DNA of 64,000 nt from contig JBEKHC010000002.1 of assembly GCA_050012475.1 (NCBI GenBank), forward strand, positions 44,981 through 108,980, written 5' to 3'. This DNA is from Candidatus Velthaea sp. (GTDB lineage Bacteria; Vulcanimicrobiota; Vulcanimicrobiia; Vulcanimicrobiales; Vulcanimicrobiaceae). The number at the start of each line of letters is the position of its first letter. The stretch's first letter is position 1. The translations under genes and the position numbers were made by a program. The notes below the pieces were generated by a model. That model was given only the letters and a program-made list of their open reading frames with translations, did no database searches and was not told the DNA's origin. This document shows, in pieces, positions 22,425 through 34,729 of this stretch.

Positions 22425-24521
22425 ATGCGCGGGGCCAACCCGGTCCGAGTCGGGATCGATGTCGGGGGAACGTTTACCGATCTGGTCGCAACGAAGCCCG
22501 ACGGCACGCTGCTCCGGCTGAAGATCGCAAGCACGCCGCGTGCTCCCGAACGCGGCGCTCTGGCGGCGCTCGACGAATTGTTCGCCGCCGGCGAGGTTGC
22601 CGTCGCCGACGTTGCGCTCGTTGCGCATGCGAGTACGATCGCGACGAACGCCTTGCTCGGGCAACTCGCGCTCGAGCTTCCGCGCGTGGCGTTCATCACG
22701 ACCGAAGGTTTTCGCGACGTCCTCGAGATCGGCCGCCAAAACCGCAGCGCGCTCTACGATTTGATGGTGCGGCGCGCGCCGCCGCTGGCGCGGCGCGACG
22801 ACCGGCTTACCGTGCGCGAACGGCGCGAGTTCGACGGCAGCGTGTCGCTGGCACTCGATGCCGACAGCGTCGAACGCGCGATCGACGCGATCGAAGCGCG
22901 CGGGATAACGACGGTCGCCGTCGGACTGCTGCATTCGTACGTCGACGATGCGCATGAAGCCGCGATCGCCGAGCGGCTTGCTGCGCGGTTGCCGGACGTC
23001 ATGGTGACGCGCTCGGCAGCGCTGGTGCGGGAGTTTCGCGAATACGAACGCTTTTCGACGGCGGTCGTCAACGCCGCGTTGCAGCCGGTGGTTGGCGCGT
23101 ACCTCGATCGGCTCGAACGCGGTGTTCGCGCGCGCGGCGCCGGCGCACGGGTGTTCGTCATGCAGTCCGACGGCGGGATGGCGTCGGTCGCCGTGGCGGC
23201 GCGGCGGCCGGCAAGCCTGATCGAAAGCGGTCCCGCCGGCGGCGTCATCGCCGCCGCGCACCTCGGCCGCGCGCTGGGCATCGAACGGATTCTGTCGTTC
23301 GACATGGGCGGGACGACGGCGAAAGCCGGCACGATCGTGGGCGGCGTCCCGGAGATCGCTCACGAATTCGAGGCCGCGGGGGTGTCGCACAGCGGGCGCG
23401 CGCAGAAAGGCAGCGGCTACCCCGTGCGCTTTCCGTTCGTCGACCTGGCCGAGGTCAGCGCGGGCGGCGGAACGATCGCCTGGCTCGATGCCGCCGGCGT
23501 GCTGCGCACCGGACCGCTCTCGGCCGGAGCCGATCCCGGCCCGGCCTGCTATGGCAAAGGCACACAGCCGACCGTTACCGATGCGAACGTTCTTTTGGGA
23601 CGGCTCGATGCCCACGCGCTGCTGGGCGGCACGTTCCCGATCGATGCTCGCTGCGCGCAACGGGCCGTCGGCAGCGTCGCCGCGGTGACTGGCGGCGACG
23701 TGATGCAAACCGCGGCCGGCATCGTCACGCTCATCGACGCCGAGATGGCCAAGGTGCTGCGCATCGTCTCGGTCGAGCGCGGCTACGATCCGCGCGACTT
23801 CACGCTGCTCGCGTTCGGCGGCGGCGGCCCGCTGCACGCCTGCGCGGTCGCGCGTGAGATCGGCGTGCGCACGATCGTCGTCCCGCCGCTGCCCGGCGTG
23901 TTCTCCGCGTACGGTTTGCTGACGGCCGACGTGCGGGCTGCGTTCAGCCGTTCCGTTGTCATCGACGCGAACGACGCTGCGTGGCCGGTCGTCGAACGGA
24001 TTCTTGGCGAGCTGCAGGTCGCGGGCGATGCGCTGCTTGCCGAGCAGAACGTCGAACCATCGATGCGCGTCTTCACGCGCGAACTCGATCTGCGCTACGC
24101 CGGGCAATCGTTCGAGCTGACGGTGCCCGCTACGGACAACGGTGACGCTGCGGTCGCGGGCTTCCATCGCAGCCACGAGCGGCGCTACGGCTTCGCCGCG
24201 CCCGACGATCCGGTCGAGATCGTCACAGCGCGCATCATCGCCGCCGGCGCGACCCCCCAACCGGGCGTCGCGCCGCGGCCGGTCACGCATTCGCAAGCGG
24301 AACGCGCGAACGCATCCGAGCCGCGCGACCGGCGTGAGGTGTGGGATGGCCGCCATTTCGTTGTTACCCCGGTGTATGTGCGCGACTCGCTGAGGCCGGG
24401 GAACGTCTTCGCGGGACCCGCGGTCGTCGAACAGTACGATGCGACGACGTACGTCGGGCCGGAGTGGGATGCGCGGGTCGATGCGGGCGACAATCTCGTC
24501 TTGACGGAGCGTCCGGCGTGA
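22425..24521 (+). CDS. Hydantoinase/oxoprolinase A subunit (ATP-dependent)
   Basis: GIDVGGTFTD, ESGPAGG, FDMGGTT, SAGADPGPACY and AFGGGGPLH. Confidence 0.93.
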   Translation: MRGANPVRVGIDVGGTFTDLVATKPDGTLLRLKIASTPRAPERGALAALDELFAAGEVAVADVALVAHASTIATNALLGQLALELPRVAFITTEGFRDVLEIGRQNRSALYDLMVRRAPPLARRDDRLTVRERREFDGSVSLALDADSVERAIDAIEARGITTVAVGLLHSYVDDAHEAAIAERLAARLPDVMVTRSAALVREFREYERFSTAVVNAALQPVVGAYLDRLERGVRARGAGARVFVMQSDGGMASVAVAARRPASLIESGPAGGVIAAAHLGRALGIERILSFDMGGTTAKAGTIVGGVPEIAHEFEAAGVSHSGRAQKGSGYPVRFPFVDLAEVSAGGGTIAWLDAAGVLRTGPLSAGADPGPACYGKGTQPTVTDANVLLGRLDAHALLGGTFPIDARCAQRAVGSVAAVTGGDVMQTAAGIVTLIDAEMAKVLRIVSVERGYDPRDFTLLAFGGGGPLHACAVAREIGVRTIVVPPLPGVFSAYGLLTADVRAAFSRSVVIDANDAAWPVVERILGELQVAGDALLAEQNVEPSMRVFTRELDLRYAGQSFELTVPATDNGDAAVAGFHRSHERRYGFAAPDDPVEIVTARIIAAGATPQPGVAPRPVTHSQAERANASEPRDRREVWDGRHFVVTPVYVRDSLRPGNVFAGPAVVEQYDATTYVGPEWDARVDAGDNLVLTERPA

Positions 24522-26125
24522 CCGCGCCGCGCACCGGCGAACTCGATGCGATAACCGCGGCGATCATCGGTTCGGCGCTCACGTATGCGAGCGAAGAGAT
24601 GGGCTTGGCGATCCGCAACGCGGCCTATTCGCCCAACATCAAGGAGCGCCTCGACCACTCGTGCGCGCTGTTCGACGCGCACGCGAACTTGATCGCGCAG
24701 GCCGAGCACATCCCGGTTCATCTGGGTTCGTTGCCCTGGGGTTTGCGCCGCACTCTGGAGTGGCTCGTCGCGCGCGGCGTTGCTTTGGAACCCGGCGAGC
24801 AGTGGGTCGTCAACGATCCGTATCTTGCCGGGACGCATCTCAACGACGTCACGCTGATTCGGCCGATTTTCGCTGGCGGCGTGCTCGTCGCATACGCAGC
24901 GAACAAAGCGCATCATGCGGACGTCGGCGGGTCCGTACCCGGTTCGATGCCGCCCGATGCGCGCGATTTGTTTGCGGAAGGCTTCATTGCGCCGCCGATT
25001 CGGCTGGTGCGCGCCGACCGCATCGAAGCAAGCACCGTGGCGCTGTTCGAGGCGAATTCCCGCACGCCCGCGGCCCGCGCGGGCGACCTGCGCGCGCAGA
25101 TCGCGGGCAACGTGATCGGTGAGCGCCGCGTGCTCGAACTCATCGAACGCTACGGCGCGGACGTGTTTGCGGCGGCAGCGGCGCAAGCACTGCGGACCAG
25201 CGAAACGCGGATGCGCGCCGCGCTGCGCGCGTTGCCCGACGGCGAGGCGGCGGTCTGCGATTTTCTCGAAGACGCCGATGGCGAACCGGCGATCCGCCTG
25301 CAGCTGCGGCTGCGCAAGCAGGGTGACCGCGTGCGGCTCGACTACGCTGGCACGGCGGCGCAGCGTGACATGCCGCTCAACGCAGTGTACGGCGTGACGC
25401 TGTCGGGCGTGTACTACGTGTTGCGCGCGCTGACCGACCCCACGATTCCGATGAACGAAGGCATCTTCGCCCCGATCGAAGTCGAGGTGCCGGAAGGCAC
25501 GCTGCTCAATCCGCGGCGGCCCGCGCCGGTGTCCGGCGGCAATGTCGAAACGTCGATGCGCAACGCCGACTTGGTGTTGTCGGCCTTTGCGCAGATCGCA
25601 CCCGGGCGCGTGCCCGCCCAGAGCGGCGGATCGATGAACAACGTGATGATCGGCGGCGTCGATGCCGACGGCCGCGCCTGGTCGTTCTATGAAACGATCG
25701 GCTGCGGTATGGGCGCGCGGCCGGCCGCCGACGGCATCGACGGCATCCACGCGCACATGACCAACACGCTCAACACCCCGATCGAAGCGATCGAGCGTGA
25801 ATTCCCGCTGCGGGTCGTGCGCTATGAATTCGCGTCCGGAACGGGCGGAGCCGGACGCTTTCGCGGTGGGTGCGGATTGATTCGCGATCTGCAATTGACG
25901 CGCGGCACGGCGACGGTATCGTTGCTCGCCGAACGCCATCGGCTGGCGCCCAAAGGCGAAGCAGGCGGCGAGGACGGCCGCACCGGTTCGCATCGTTTGC
26001 ACACCGCAGGCGGCGCGAAGGAGTTGCCGGCGAAGACGACGCTGCGGATCCAGCCCGGAGACGTCATCGAAGTGCAAACCGCCGGCGGCGGCGGATACGG
26101 GGCACCGAGCGGGCGAGGGGTTTAA
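24518..26125 (+). CDS. Hydantoinase B/oxoprolinase subunit
   Basis: AYSPNIKERLDHSCA, HIPVHLG, NDPYLAGTHLND and TAGGGGYG. GTGA overlap with subunit A. Confidence 0.93.
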   Translation: MTAPRTGELDAITAAIIGSALTYASEEMGLAIRNAAYSPNIKERLDHSCALFDAHANLIAQAEHIPVHLGSLPWGLRRTLEWLVARGVALEPGEQWVVNDPYLAGTHLNDVTLIRPIFAGGVLVAYAANKAHHADVGGSVPGSMPPDARDLFAEGFIAPPIRLVRADRIEASTVALFEANSRTPAARAGDLRAQIAGNVIGERRVLELIERYGADVFAAAAAQALRTSETRMRAALRALPDGEAAVCDFLEDADGEPAIRLQLRLRKQGDRVRLDYAGTAAQRDMPLNAVYGVTLSGVYYVLRALTDPTIPMNEGIFAPIEVEVPEGTLLNPRRPAPVSGGNVETSMRNADLVLSAFAQIAPGRVPAQSGGSMNNVMIGGVDADGRAWSFYETIGCGMGARPAADGIDGIHAHMTNTLNTPIEAIEREFPLRVVRYEFASGTGGAGRFRGGCGLIRDLQLTRGTATVSLLAERHRLAPKGEAGGEDGRTGSHRLHTAGGAKELPAKTTLRIQPGDVIEVQTAGGGGYGAPSGRGV

Positions 26126-26223
26126 ACGACCGGCGGCTAGGCCGTTTGGCGCACGCACGGAAGCGCTGCAACCACAGAAAGCGCTTAGGGGCCCGTGCCG
26201 TTTGGTGCGCGAAGGGCAGGCAG

Positions 26224-27234
26224 ATGGAGCTTACGGCTGTCGCACCCCGTCGGACGCCGCTGCTGCGCACGACATTGCGTATTGCGGGACTCGGAACGTA
26301 CGTTCCCGAGCATCGGATCACGAACGAAGAGCTTTCCGTGATGGTCGATACCGATGACGAATGGATTCGCCGCCGGACCGGCATCCGCGAACGGCGCAAA
26401 GCGCGTGCCGACGAATTCACCAGCGATATGTGCTTGAGCGCCGTCGGCGCGCTCGTTGCCGGGGGCGCGAGCTTAGCCGCCGTCGATTACATCATCGCAG
26501 CAACGATCACGCCGGATTATCAATTTCCCAGCGTGTCCGCGATCGTGCAGCACCGCCTGGGATTGCGCAATACCGGTGCGATCGATATCTCGGCGGCGTG
26601 CGCCGGGTTTGTGTACGCGCTGGACCTTGCCGACGCGCTCATCTCGACCGGTCGGGCGCGCAACGTGCTCGTCGTTGCCGGCGAGACGCTCACGAAAATT
26701 ACCGACTACCGCGACCGGTCGATGTGCATTCTGTTCGGCGATGGCGCCGGTGCGGCGCTCGTGACGCCCGACGACGGCAACGGCAGCGCGATTCTCGCGC
26801 GGCGGGTCAATAGCGACGGTGCCGCCGGAAAGCACTTATTCATGACCGCGCTCAAGAAAGAGATCGCCGGCATCGTCGAGCCCGAGCACCTCATGCGCCA
26901 GAATGGTCGGGCCGTCTACGAGTGGGTCGTCACCAACGTCACCGCGGGGATCAATGAACTGCTGGCGGCCGCGCAACTGGCGCCGGACGAAATCGATTGG
27001 TTCATTCCGCACAGCGCGAACATGCGGATGATCGAGGCGGTTCGCGAACGCTGCGGCATTCCGGTGGAGCGCACGCTCACGAGCATGCAGTGGTTCGGCA
27101 ACACGTCGACGGCATCGATCCCCTTGGCGCTCGCACCGGCTGTCGCCGACGGACGGATCAAGCGCGGCGATCGCGTCTTGCTCTACGGTTTCGGCGGCGG
27201 GCTGGTCGAAGCGGGACTATTGCTGCGCTGGTAG
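26224..27234 (+). CDS. fabH: 3-oxoacyl-ACP synthase III
   Basis: Catalytic motifs AACAGF, FIPHSAN and GNTSTAS, plus LFGDGAGA. Confidence 0.92.
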   Translation: MELTAVAPRRTPLLRTTLRIAGLGTYVPEHRITNEELSVMVDTDDEWIRRRTGIRERRKARADEFTSDMCLSAVGALVAGGASLAAVDYIIAATITPDYQFPSVSAIVQHRLGLRNTGAIDISAACAGFVYALDLADALISTGRARNVLVVAGETLTKITDYRDRSMCILFGDGAGAALVTPDDGNGSAILARRVNSDGAAGKHLFMTALKKEIAGIVEPEHLMRQNGRAVYEWVVTNVTAGINELLAAAQLAPDEIDWFIPHSANMRMIEAVRERCGIPVERTLTSMQWFGNTSTASIPLALAPAVADGRIKRGDRVLLYGFGGGLVEAGLLLRW

Positions 27235-28050
27235 CGTGCGCGCGGGATCGCGCGCGCGGCCGGTGACGCGCACGTCGGCCATGTCGATCGCATGCTCACC
27301 GTCCGCGTCGCGAACGATGAGCGCGCCATACGGGCCGATGCGCTGGGCGACCCCTTCGCGCTCGATACCGTCGGCGTCGTTGCGATAGCGGTAGATGGTT
27401 CCTGGCAATTGGGCGCGGCGCTCCCAACGCGCGGCGACCGCGGCGGGATCGCGCAAGGCGTCGAACGAGCGATCGAACTCGCGCAGGATCGTGGCGAGCA
27501 GCGCTTCGCGCTGCGGCGGGGGGGTCAGTTCGCCGAGGAAGATCGGCGGCGGTTCGACCGCGGCCAAGTCGGGATCGTGGGGCGGGCGCGTAACGTTGAG
27601 GCCGGCACCGCAGCCGACCCAGGCGTCGTTCCCGGCGATGCGTGCCACCGAGAGGATGCCGCCGATTTTTTGTCCGCGCACGTGCAGGTCGTTCGGCCAG
27701 ACGAGTTCGAGGGCCAGGCCGCAGCACTGCTCGACTCCGTCGGCGATGCCCAGCGCGATCCAAAACGGCACCGCCCAGAGCGCGGACGCATCGATCGGCT
27801 CGGGCAAAATCGCGGTGAAGAGCAGCGCCGAGCCGGACGGTGCGATCCAGCGCCGGCCCTTGCGTCCGACGCCGGCAGTCTGATGGTCGGTGACGATCGT
27901 GGTTCCCAGGGCACTCGCTATGCCGAGCAGCGCATGCGCGTCGGCGTTCGTGCTGCCGGTTTGAGCCGCGTAGCGAACGTCGGCAAAGCGCGTGTGCGCC
28001 AGCAGCGCGCGGACGTGCGCCGTGTCGAAAGGTGCGCTCTGATTCGGCAC
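27217..28050 (-). CDS. birA: Biotin-[acetyl-CoA-carboxylase] ligase (no HTH)
   Basis: GSTN, QTAGVGRKGRRW, WPNDL and KIGGIL. Confidence 0.9.
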   Translation of the reverse strand: MPNQSAPFDTAHVRALLAHTRFADVRYAAQTGSTNADAHALLGIASALGTTIVTDHQTAGVGRKGRRWIAPSGSALLFTAILPEPIDASALWAVPFWIALGIADGVEQCCGLALELVWPNDLHVRGQKIGGILSVARIAGNDAWVGCGAGLNVTRPPHDPDLAAVEPPPIFLGELTPPPQREALLATILREFDRSFDALRDPAAVAARWERRAQLPGTIYRYRNDADGIEREGVAQRIGPYGALIVRDADGEHAIDMADVRVTGRARDPARTLPAQQ

Positions 28051-28066
28051 GTATCACCTCCCCGCT

Positions 28067-29849
<1,783 letters not shown>

Positions 29850-29858
29850 TTTCGCCCT

Positions 29859-29905
29859 GGACGTCGTCGCTACGCGGCTCATTTGCTGAAGCAAACTTCG
29901 CCGCT
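29859..29905. repeat. Dispersed intergenic repeat, copy 1
   Basis: ggacgtcgtcgct…ttgctgaagcaaacttcgccgct is shared with 52920-52962. Confidence 0.75.
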
Positions 29906-29953
29906 ATGCTCCTCGCAACGGCGAAATCAGAGCATCCCTGAGCGCTGATCTCG

Positions 29954-29986
29954 CGGAGCGTGCCGGAAAAGTTCCGGCGCGCTCCG
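29954..29986. terminator. Strong hairpin between convergent eno and S53 genes
   Basis: cggagcgtgccggaa-aag-ttccggcgcgctccg forms a ~15-bp stem. Confidence 0.5.
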
Positions 29987-30107
29987 GCGAGCGGCTTGGC
30001 CGGTGTGCCGCACCTCCGGTCGAGCGACTCGAATCGCCTGTTCGAACAGACCGGTAGCGCTTGACCAACGAGGTTCAGCGTTGCGCGAGTTCCTTTTGCT
30101 ACGTGTG

Positions 30108-31715
30108 CTACGTGCCCGGCGCGCCCGTGGCGGTCGGAGCGAGCGTCGCCGCAAGCTGTGCGCCGTTGGGACTGCCCAACCCCGAACAGGCGTCCCAGCC
30201 CGGGCCCGCGCTGTACGCGCCGTTGTTGCCGACGGTTATGTCGTTGAACGAGCCGCTGGCTTGTGCGTAGAGCTGAGTGTTGTAGAATCCCAGCTTCACC
30301 CCGGATTGCTGGTTGAGCAGGGCGGTGAGCGCGGCCCATAACGGAGCGACCGCGCTCGTCCCGCCCACAACGCCGCTCTGGCCGTCGACGAGGGTGGTGT
30401 AGCCGGTCTGCGGATCGGCGTCGCCGGCCACGTCCGGAACGCCACGGCCGACGTTCGCGCCGGCGTTCACCGACGGCGGTACGCCGGCGTTTTGTTGCCA
30501 TGCCGGCAGCGCGAACGATGCGCTGATGCCGCCGCCGGTCGCGCCGCCGCTCGAACCGTCGTTCCACACCGATTCGCTGGTAATGCTGGTGCCGCTGAGA
30601 GCCAGCGACGTTCCCCCGCATGCCAGCACGTGCGGGCTCGACGCTGGAAAGTCGACGTGCGCGAGGCCGTCGGTGACGCCGTCGGACGAACCGTTGTCGC
30701 CGGCTGCGACGCAGACCGTGATCCCCAGCGTTGCCGCATCGGCAAACGCCGCATCGAAGTTCGTCAGCGCTTGGGCCGTCCAGGTTGACTCGGGGCCACC
30801 CCAGCTGATCGAAATGATCGTCGGTTCGTTGGTCGTGTCGTGTATCGCGGTGGTGATCGCGTCGAGAAATCCTTGATCGGTGTTCGGTCCGAAATAGACG
30901 ACGAACTTGGCGCCGCTCGCGATCGAGCCGGCGACTTCGATATCGAGTGCGACCTCGGCGTCGGCGCTGTTGGGATCGCCGGTCGGGGCATTCGTCGCGC
31001 TGTCGACCGAAACGCTCGTCACGGATGGGAGCGACCGCCCAAGGTTGGCGAAGTACGTGCTCAAATCGGAGCTGTTATAGCCGCCGCCCAGTTCGATGAG
31101 GGCGATGGTTTGACCAGTTCCGTCGACGCCGGCCGGAAACGCGTAGGCAGCGGCGATTTGCAGCGGCGTGAACGACGTTGCGGCGGCCGCGGCGGGCCGC
31201 ACGGTCGCGCGCCGAAAGTGGGCGCGCGCTTGCGGACGTTCGTCCAGTCCGAACACGCCGCTGATGACCGGTCCCAGCGACGCCGGGACGCTCATCGTGC
31301 CGGTCCGCCCGCGAAACGTTTGGCCGTCGATTGTATACAATTGGAGTTTCACGCCGAAGGCCGCGTTGAGCGCGGCGATCGTCCCCTCGAGGACGACCGC
31401 GCGGCGTGCCAGATCGGCCTCGAGCACGAGCAGTCCCGAGTCAAGCGCAAACCGCTCGACCGCGATGACGTCGGTCGGGTCGGCGCCGTGATGCTCGGCG
31501 AATTCGTCGCGCGTGAGGTAGCGGCGCGCCGCAGGTGCTGCCTTGGCCAGCTTCGCGGCGGTCGCCGACGACGGACTGCGCGGGCGAATCATGATCGTGA
31601 CCGATGTCCGGTCGCTCGGATTGGGAACGCCGGCCGGTTGCGCGTTGGGCGGCGCATTACGGAGGCTTCCGCGAATCTCGGCCCGTCCGGCGGGGGAACT
31701 TGGCGGCGTATTCAT
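30108..31715 (-). CDS. S53 (sedolisin/kumamolisin) serine peptidase with pro-domain
   Basis: EVALDIE, ISISWG, AAGDNGS, RGVPDVA, GGTSAVAP and GWDACSGLGSP. Confidence 0.95.
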   Translation of the reverse strand: MNTPPSSPAGRAEIRGSLRNAPPNAQPAGVPNPSDRTSVTIMIRPRSPSSATAAKLAKAAPAARRYLTRDEFAEHHGADPTDVIAVERFALDSGLLVLEADLARRAVVLEGTIAALNAAFGVKLQLYTIDGQTFRGRTGTMSVPASLGPVISGVFGLDERPQARAHFRRATVRPAAAAATSFTPLQIAAAYAFPAGVDGTGQTIALIELGGGYNSSDLSTYFANLGRSLPSVTSVSVDSATNAPTGDPNSADAEVALDIEVAGSIASGAKFVVYFGPNTDQGFLDAITTAIHDTTNEPTIISISWGGPESTWTAQALTNFDAAFADAATLGITVCVAAGDNGSSDGVTDGLAHVDFPASSPHVLACGGTSLALSGTSITSESVWNDGSSGGATGGGISASFALPAWQQNAGVPPSVNAGANVGRGVPDVAGDADPQTGYTTLVDGQSGVVGGTSAVAPLWAALTALLNQQSGVKLGFYNTQLYAQASGSFNDITVGNNGAYSAGPGWDACSGLGSPNGAQLAATLAPTATGAPGT

Positions 31716-31773
31716 CGCTTGCGGTGTACGCGTTCGCGCGCGCTATCAACTGCAAACGAACCCCTCGCTTGGG

Positions 31774-34722
31774 CTAACGTGACGTCGCTTGCTGTGCGCT
31801 GATGAGCAGCGCGGCGAGTTCACCGCGGCAGGTTCCGCAACCGGTGCCGGCCAGCGTCAGCCGCCCGATCTCGGCAATGTCGTGCGCGCCCGCGGCGATC
31901 GCATTCTGAATAGTGCTGCGCGGGACTTCGTTGCAGACGCACACCCGCTCGTCGCCCGGCGCTGCCGGCGCTGCCGCGGCTCCGATCGCTTCGATGCCGA
32001 AGACGAACGCGGCGAGCGAACCCGCGATCGGCGTCCCGGCTTCGAACGCGCGCGCGAACGCCGCCGCCGCTTTCGCATCGCCGACGACTTGCGCACCCAC
32101 CAAAATGCCGTTACGGGCGACGGCGCGGCGGTAGCGGCCGCTTGCGTCGAGCGCCGTGATCACTTCGTCGCCCGGTTGGGGATCGCGCTCGCCCAGCGCC
32201 ACCACGTTCACGCCCGCGACCTTGAGCTTCGTTCCGACGCGCGAGCCCGCGTACACGACGCGCCGGCGCGTGAGCCGCTCGGCGAGAATCGTGCATTGTT
32301 CCCACAGCGGTTCGACCAGACCGTAGGTGACGCCGCGGTGTTGCGCGCATTCGCCGATTGCGAAGACCGCCGGATCGCTGGTCTGCAGGCCGTCGTCGAC
32401 AACGATCCGGCGTTCGACGGCAAGGCCCGATTCGCGCGCGACATCGACGTTGGGAACGATGCCGCAGCACACGATGATCACGTCGCCCGCAATCCGCTCG
32501 CCGCCCGAGAGTTCGATTCCGCGCTCGTCGCCGTCGGCATAGGCGCCGGCGGACGGTTCGAGTTGCTGCTCCATGAGCGTCGGCGACAGATGGACGACGG
32601 TCGTTGCGACACCCAACGCTTTGAGACCGCTGGCGGCTTCGAGTCCGAGCAGACCGCCCCCAAGCACGATGGCGCAGCGCGCGTCCCGCGCTGCCGATCG
32701 AATGCGTTCGCAGTCATCGAGCGTTCGAAACGTGTAGACGTGCGGTGTCGCCAGTCCCGCGAGCGGGGGCACGAAGGGCCGGCTTCCAGTCGCGATCACG
32801 AGCGCATCGTAGGCGTGGATCGAGCCGTCGGCGCACGTCACGATCTTCGCGCCGCGATCGATCTGTGCTGCGCGCATTCCGGTGCGAAGCTGCACGCCGC
32901 GCTCGGCGTACCACTCGGGTGCGTGCGTCACGATGTCGCGGGCTTCGCGAAACCCGCCCAGCACACCGGACAACATGATGCGGTTGTAGCCCCCGTGCAT
33001 CTCGTCGCCGAGCACGGTGACCGCGAACGACTCGTTCGCGCGCGCGCTGAGTTCCTCGACGAACCGCGCGCCGGGCATGCCGTTCCCGATGACGACGAGC
33101 CGGCCGGTCCGAACCGCCGGCAGCGCGACGTGCCTGCCGTCGAGCATTTGCGTGACGGTCGGGAAGAAGGCGTCGGTTCCCAGCCGTGCGACCGTTTGCG
33201 AAAAGCGCTCGCCGGCGAGCGCGAAATCTTCGTAGGCCGCCAGCAGCGCACGGATGATCGGAACGACGAGCGTGCGTGGAATCTTCTTCGGATAAGTTGC
33301 GCCCAGCCGGCGTTCGCGCGCATTTCCGCCCAGGTACAGGACGTACGCTTCGACGCGTTCGCCCTGGTATTCGGTCATTGCGCCGGCCAGGCCGATGTCG
33401 GCGACTTGATGTTTGGCGCACGAATGCGGGCAACCGCTGACGTGGATGCGAAAATCGCCATAGCGCGGATCGGTCGCCAAATCGTCGAAGGCGCGGACAA
33501 CTTCTTCGCCCAGCGTCATCGAGTGGGCAACGGCGAGCGGACAATATTCCAAGCCCACGCACGAAACGACGTCGGCGATGCTGCCGCGGCCGCGCGTTCG
33601 GACACCGAGCGCGACGAGCGCTTCACTTGCTTGCGCGACGTCTGCGCCGCGAACGCCTTGAATCTCGGCGTTCTGATCGGGCGTGAGATGCACGATCCCG
33701 TCGCCGAACCGTTCCGCTACCGCAGCGAGCGCGCGCGCGGAGGCGGCGGCGATTTCGCCCATTGGAATGAGCGCCGGCAGCGTGAAGCGGCCGGGCTGCT
33801 TTTGGGGGATGACGTCGCCGGCGCGCGGGGGCGGCGCCGGCTCTTCCGCCGCAATCGGGGACGCGCTGAAAACCACTGCCGCGTGCGTCGCAGCTCGTTT
33901 CGCGCTTTCGAATTCTTCGTCGAAGAACTCGACGACGCGCGCGTGCCCGAGCTTGTCGACGAGCAGTTTGATCTTGGCTTTGGCGCGGTTGCTGCGGTCG
34001 GCGTATTTCTCGCCCAGCGCGACGATCGCGTCGAATGCCGGCAGCAGATCGCTTTGCGCCAATCCGGTGCGCAGCCGAACGGCCAGCCGCGGCGTCGCGC
34101 CCAGGCCGCCCGCACCCCAAACCGTAAAGGTCGGCTCGCCGCCGGCGGGACCGGGCGTGGCGACGAAGCCGATGTCGCTCGTTGCGACATGGTCGTCGCA
34201 GTGCGGCGAGCACGCGATGGCCACATTGATCTTGCGCGAGATGTTCGTCGCGTCGCTGATCTCGACGATGCGCTCGTGCAGCAGCGCAACGAACGGCTCG
34301 AGCGGCAGCGCTTCGCCGGCATACGTCCCGGCGTGCGGGCAGGCGATCACGTTGCGGATCGTGTCGCCGCAGGTGCCTTTCGTGGTCAGCCCGGCCTCGC
34401 GCAAGCGGGTCCACACTTCGGGTACGTCTTCGATTCGAACGTGGTGGAGTTCGAGCCCGCCGCGCGTCGTGACGTGAACGCTGCCGTGACCGAAGGCGTC
34501 GGCGAGATCGGCGACACAGCGGATCTGCGCCGGCGCGGCCTTGCCGCCGGGGACGCGGATGCGCAGCATGAACACGCCGACTTGGCGCTGCGCGCACACG
34601 CCCTGCGTCTTGAGCCGATAACGATCCTCTTCAGAAATCCCCTCGAATCCGCTGCGTGCCAGCAGATCGACGTCGACGGCGATCCCCGCTGCTTTGACGT
34701 CTTCGATCCGAATGGTGGCCAT
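31774..34722 (-). CDS. Fused siroheme nitrite/sulfite reductase + FAD/NAD(P)H oxidoreductase + BFD-like [2Fe-2S] domain (probable internal in-frame deletion)
   Basis: NiR/SiR motifs FMLRIRVPGG, SCVGLEYC and SGCPHSC. Then LVVIGNGM, IATGS, GGGLLGLEAA and FAIGEC, with C-terminal CVC…CGTC. Confidence 0.85.
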   Translation of the reverse strand: MATIRIEDVKAAGIAVDVDLLARSGFEGISEEDRYRLKTQGVCAQRQVGVFMLRIRVPGGKAAPAQIRCVADLADAFGHGSVHVTTRGGLELHHVRIEDVPEVWTRLREAGLTTKGTCGDTIRNVIACPHAGTYAGEALPLEPFVALLHERIVEISDATNISRKINVAIACSPHCDDHVATSDIGFVATPGPAGGEPTFTVWGAGGLGATPRLAVRLRTGLAQSDLLPAFDAIVALGEKYADRSNRAKAKIKLLVDKLGHARVVEFFDEEFESAKRAATHAAVVFSASPIAAEEPAPPPRAGDVIPQKQPGRFTLPALIPMGEIAAASARALAAVAERFGDGIVHLTPDQNAEIQGVRGADVAQASEALVALGVRTRGRGSIADVVSCVGLEYCPLAVAHSMTLGEEVVRAFDDLATDPRYGDFRIHVSGCPHSCAKHQVADIGLAGAMTEYQGERVEAYVLYLGGNARERRLGATYPKKIPRTLVVPIIRALLAAYEDFALAGERFSQTVARLGTDAFFPTVTQMLDGRHVALPAVRTGRLVVIGNGMPGARFVEELSARANESFAVTVLGDEMHGGYNRIMLSGVLGGFREARDIVTHAPEWYAERGVQLRTGMRAAQIDRGAKIVTCADGSIHAYDALVIATGSRPFVPPLAGLATPHVYTFRTLDDCERIRSAARDARCAIVLGGGLLGLEAASGLKALGVATTVVHLSPTLMEQQLEPSAGAYADGDERGIELSGGERIAGDVIIVCCGIVPNVDVARESGLAVERRIVVDDGLQTSDPAVFAIGECAQHRGVTYGLVEPLWEQCTILAERLTRRRVVYAGSRVGTKLKVAGVNVVALGERDPQPGDEVITALDASGRYRRAVARNGILVGAQVVGDAKAAAAFARAFEAGTPIAGSLAAFVFGIEAIGAAAAPAAPGDERVCVCNEVPRSTIQNAIAAGAHDIAEIGRLTLAGTGCGTCRGELAALLISAQQATSR

Positions 34723-34729
34723 CGCGCCT

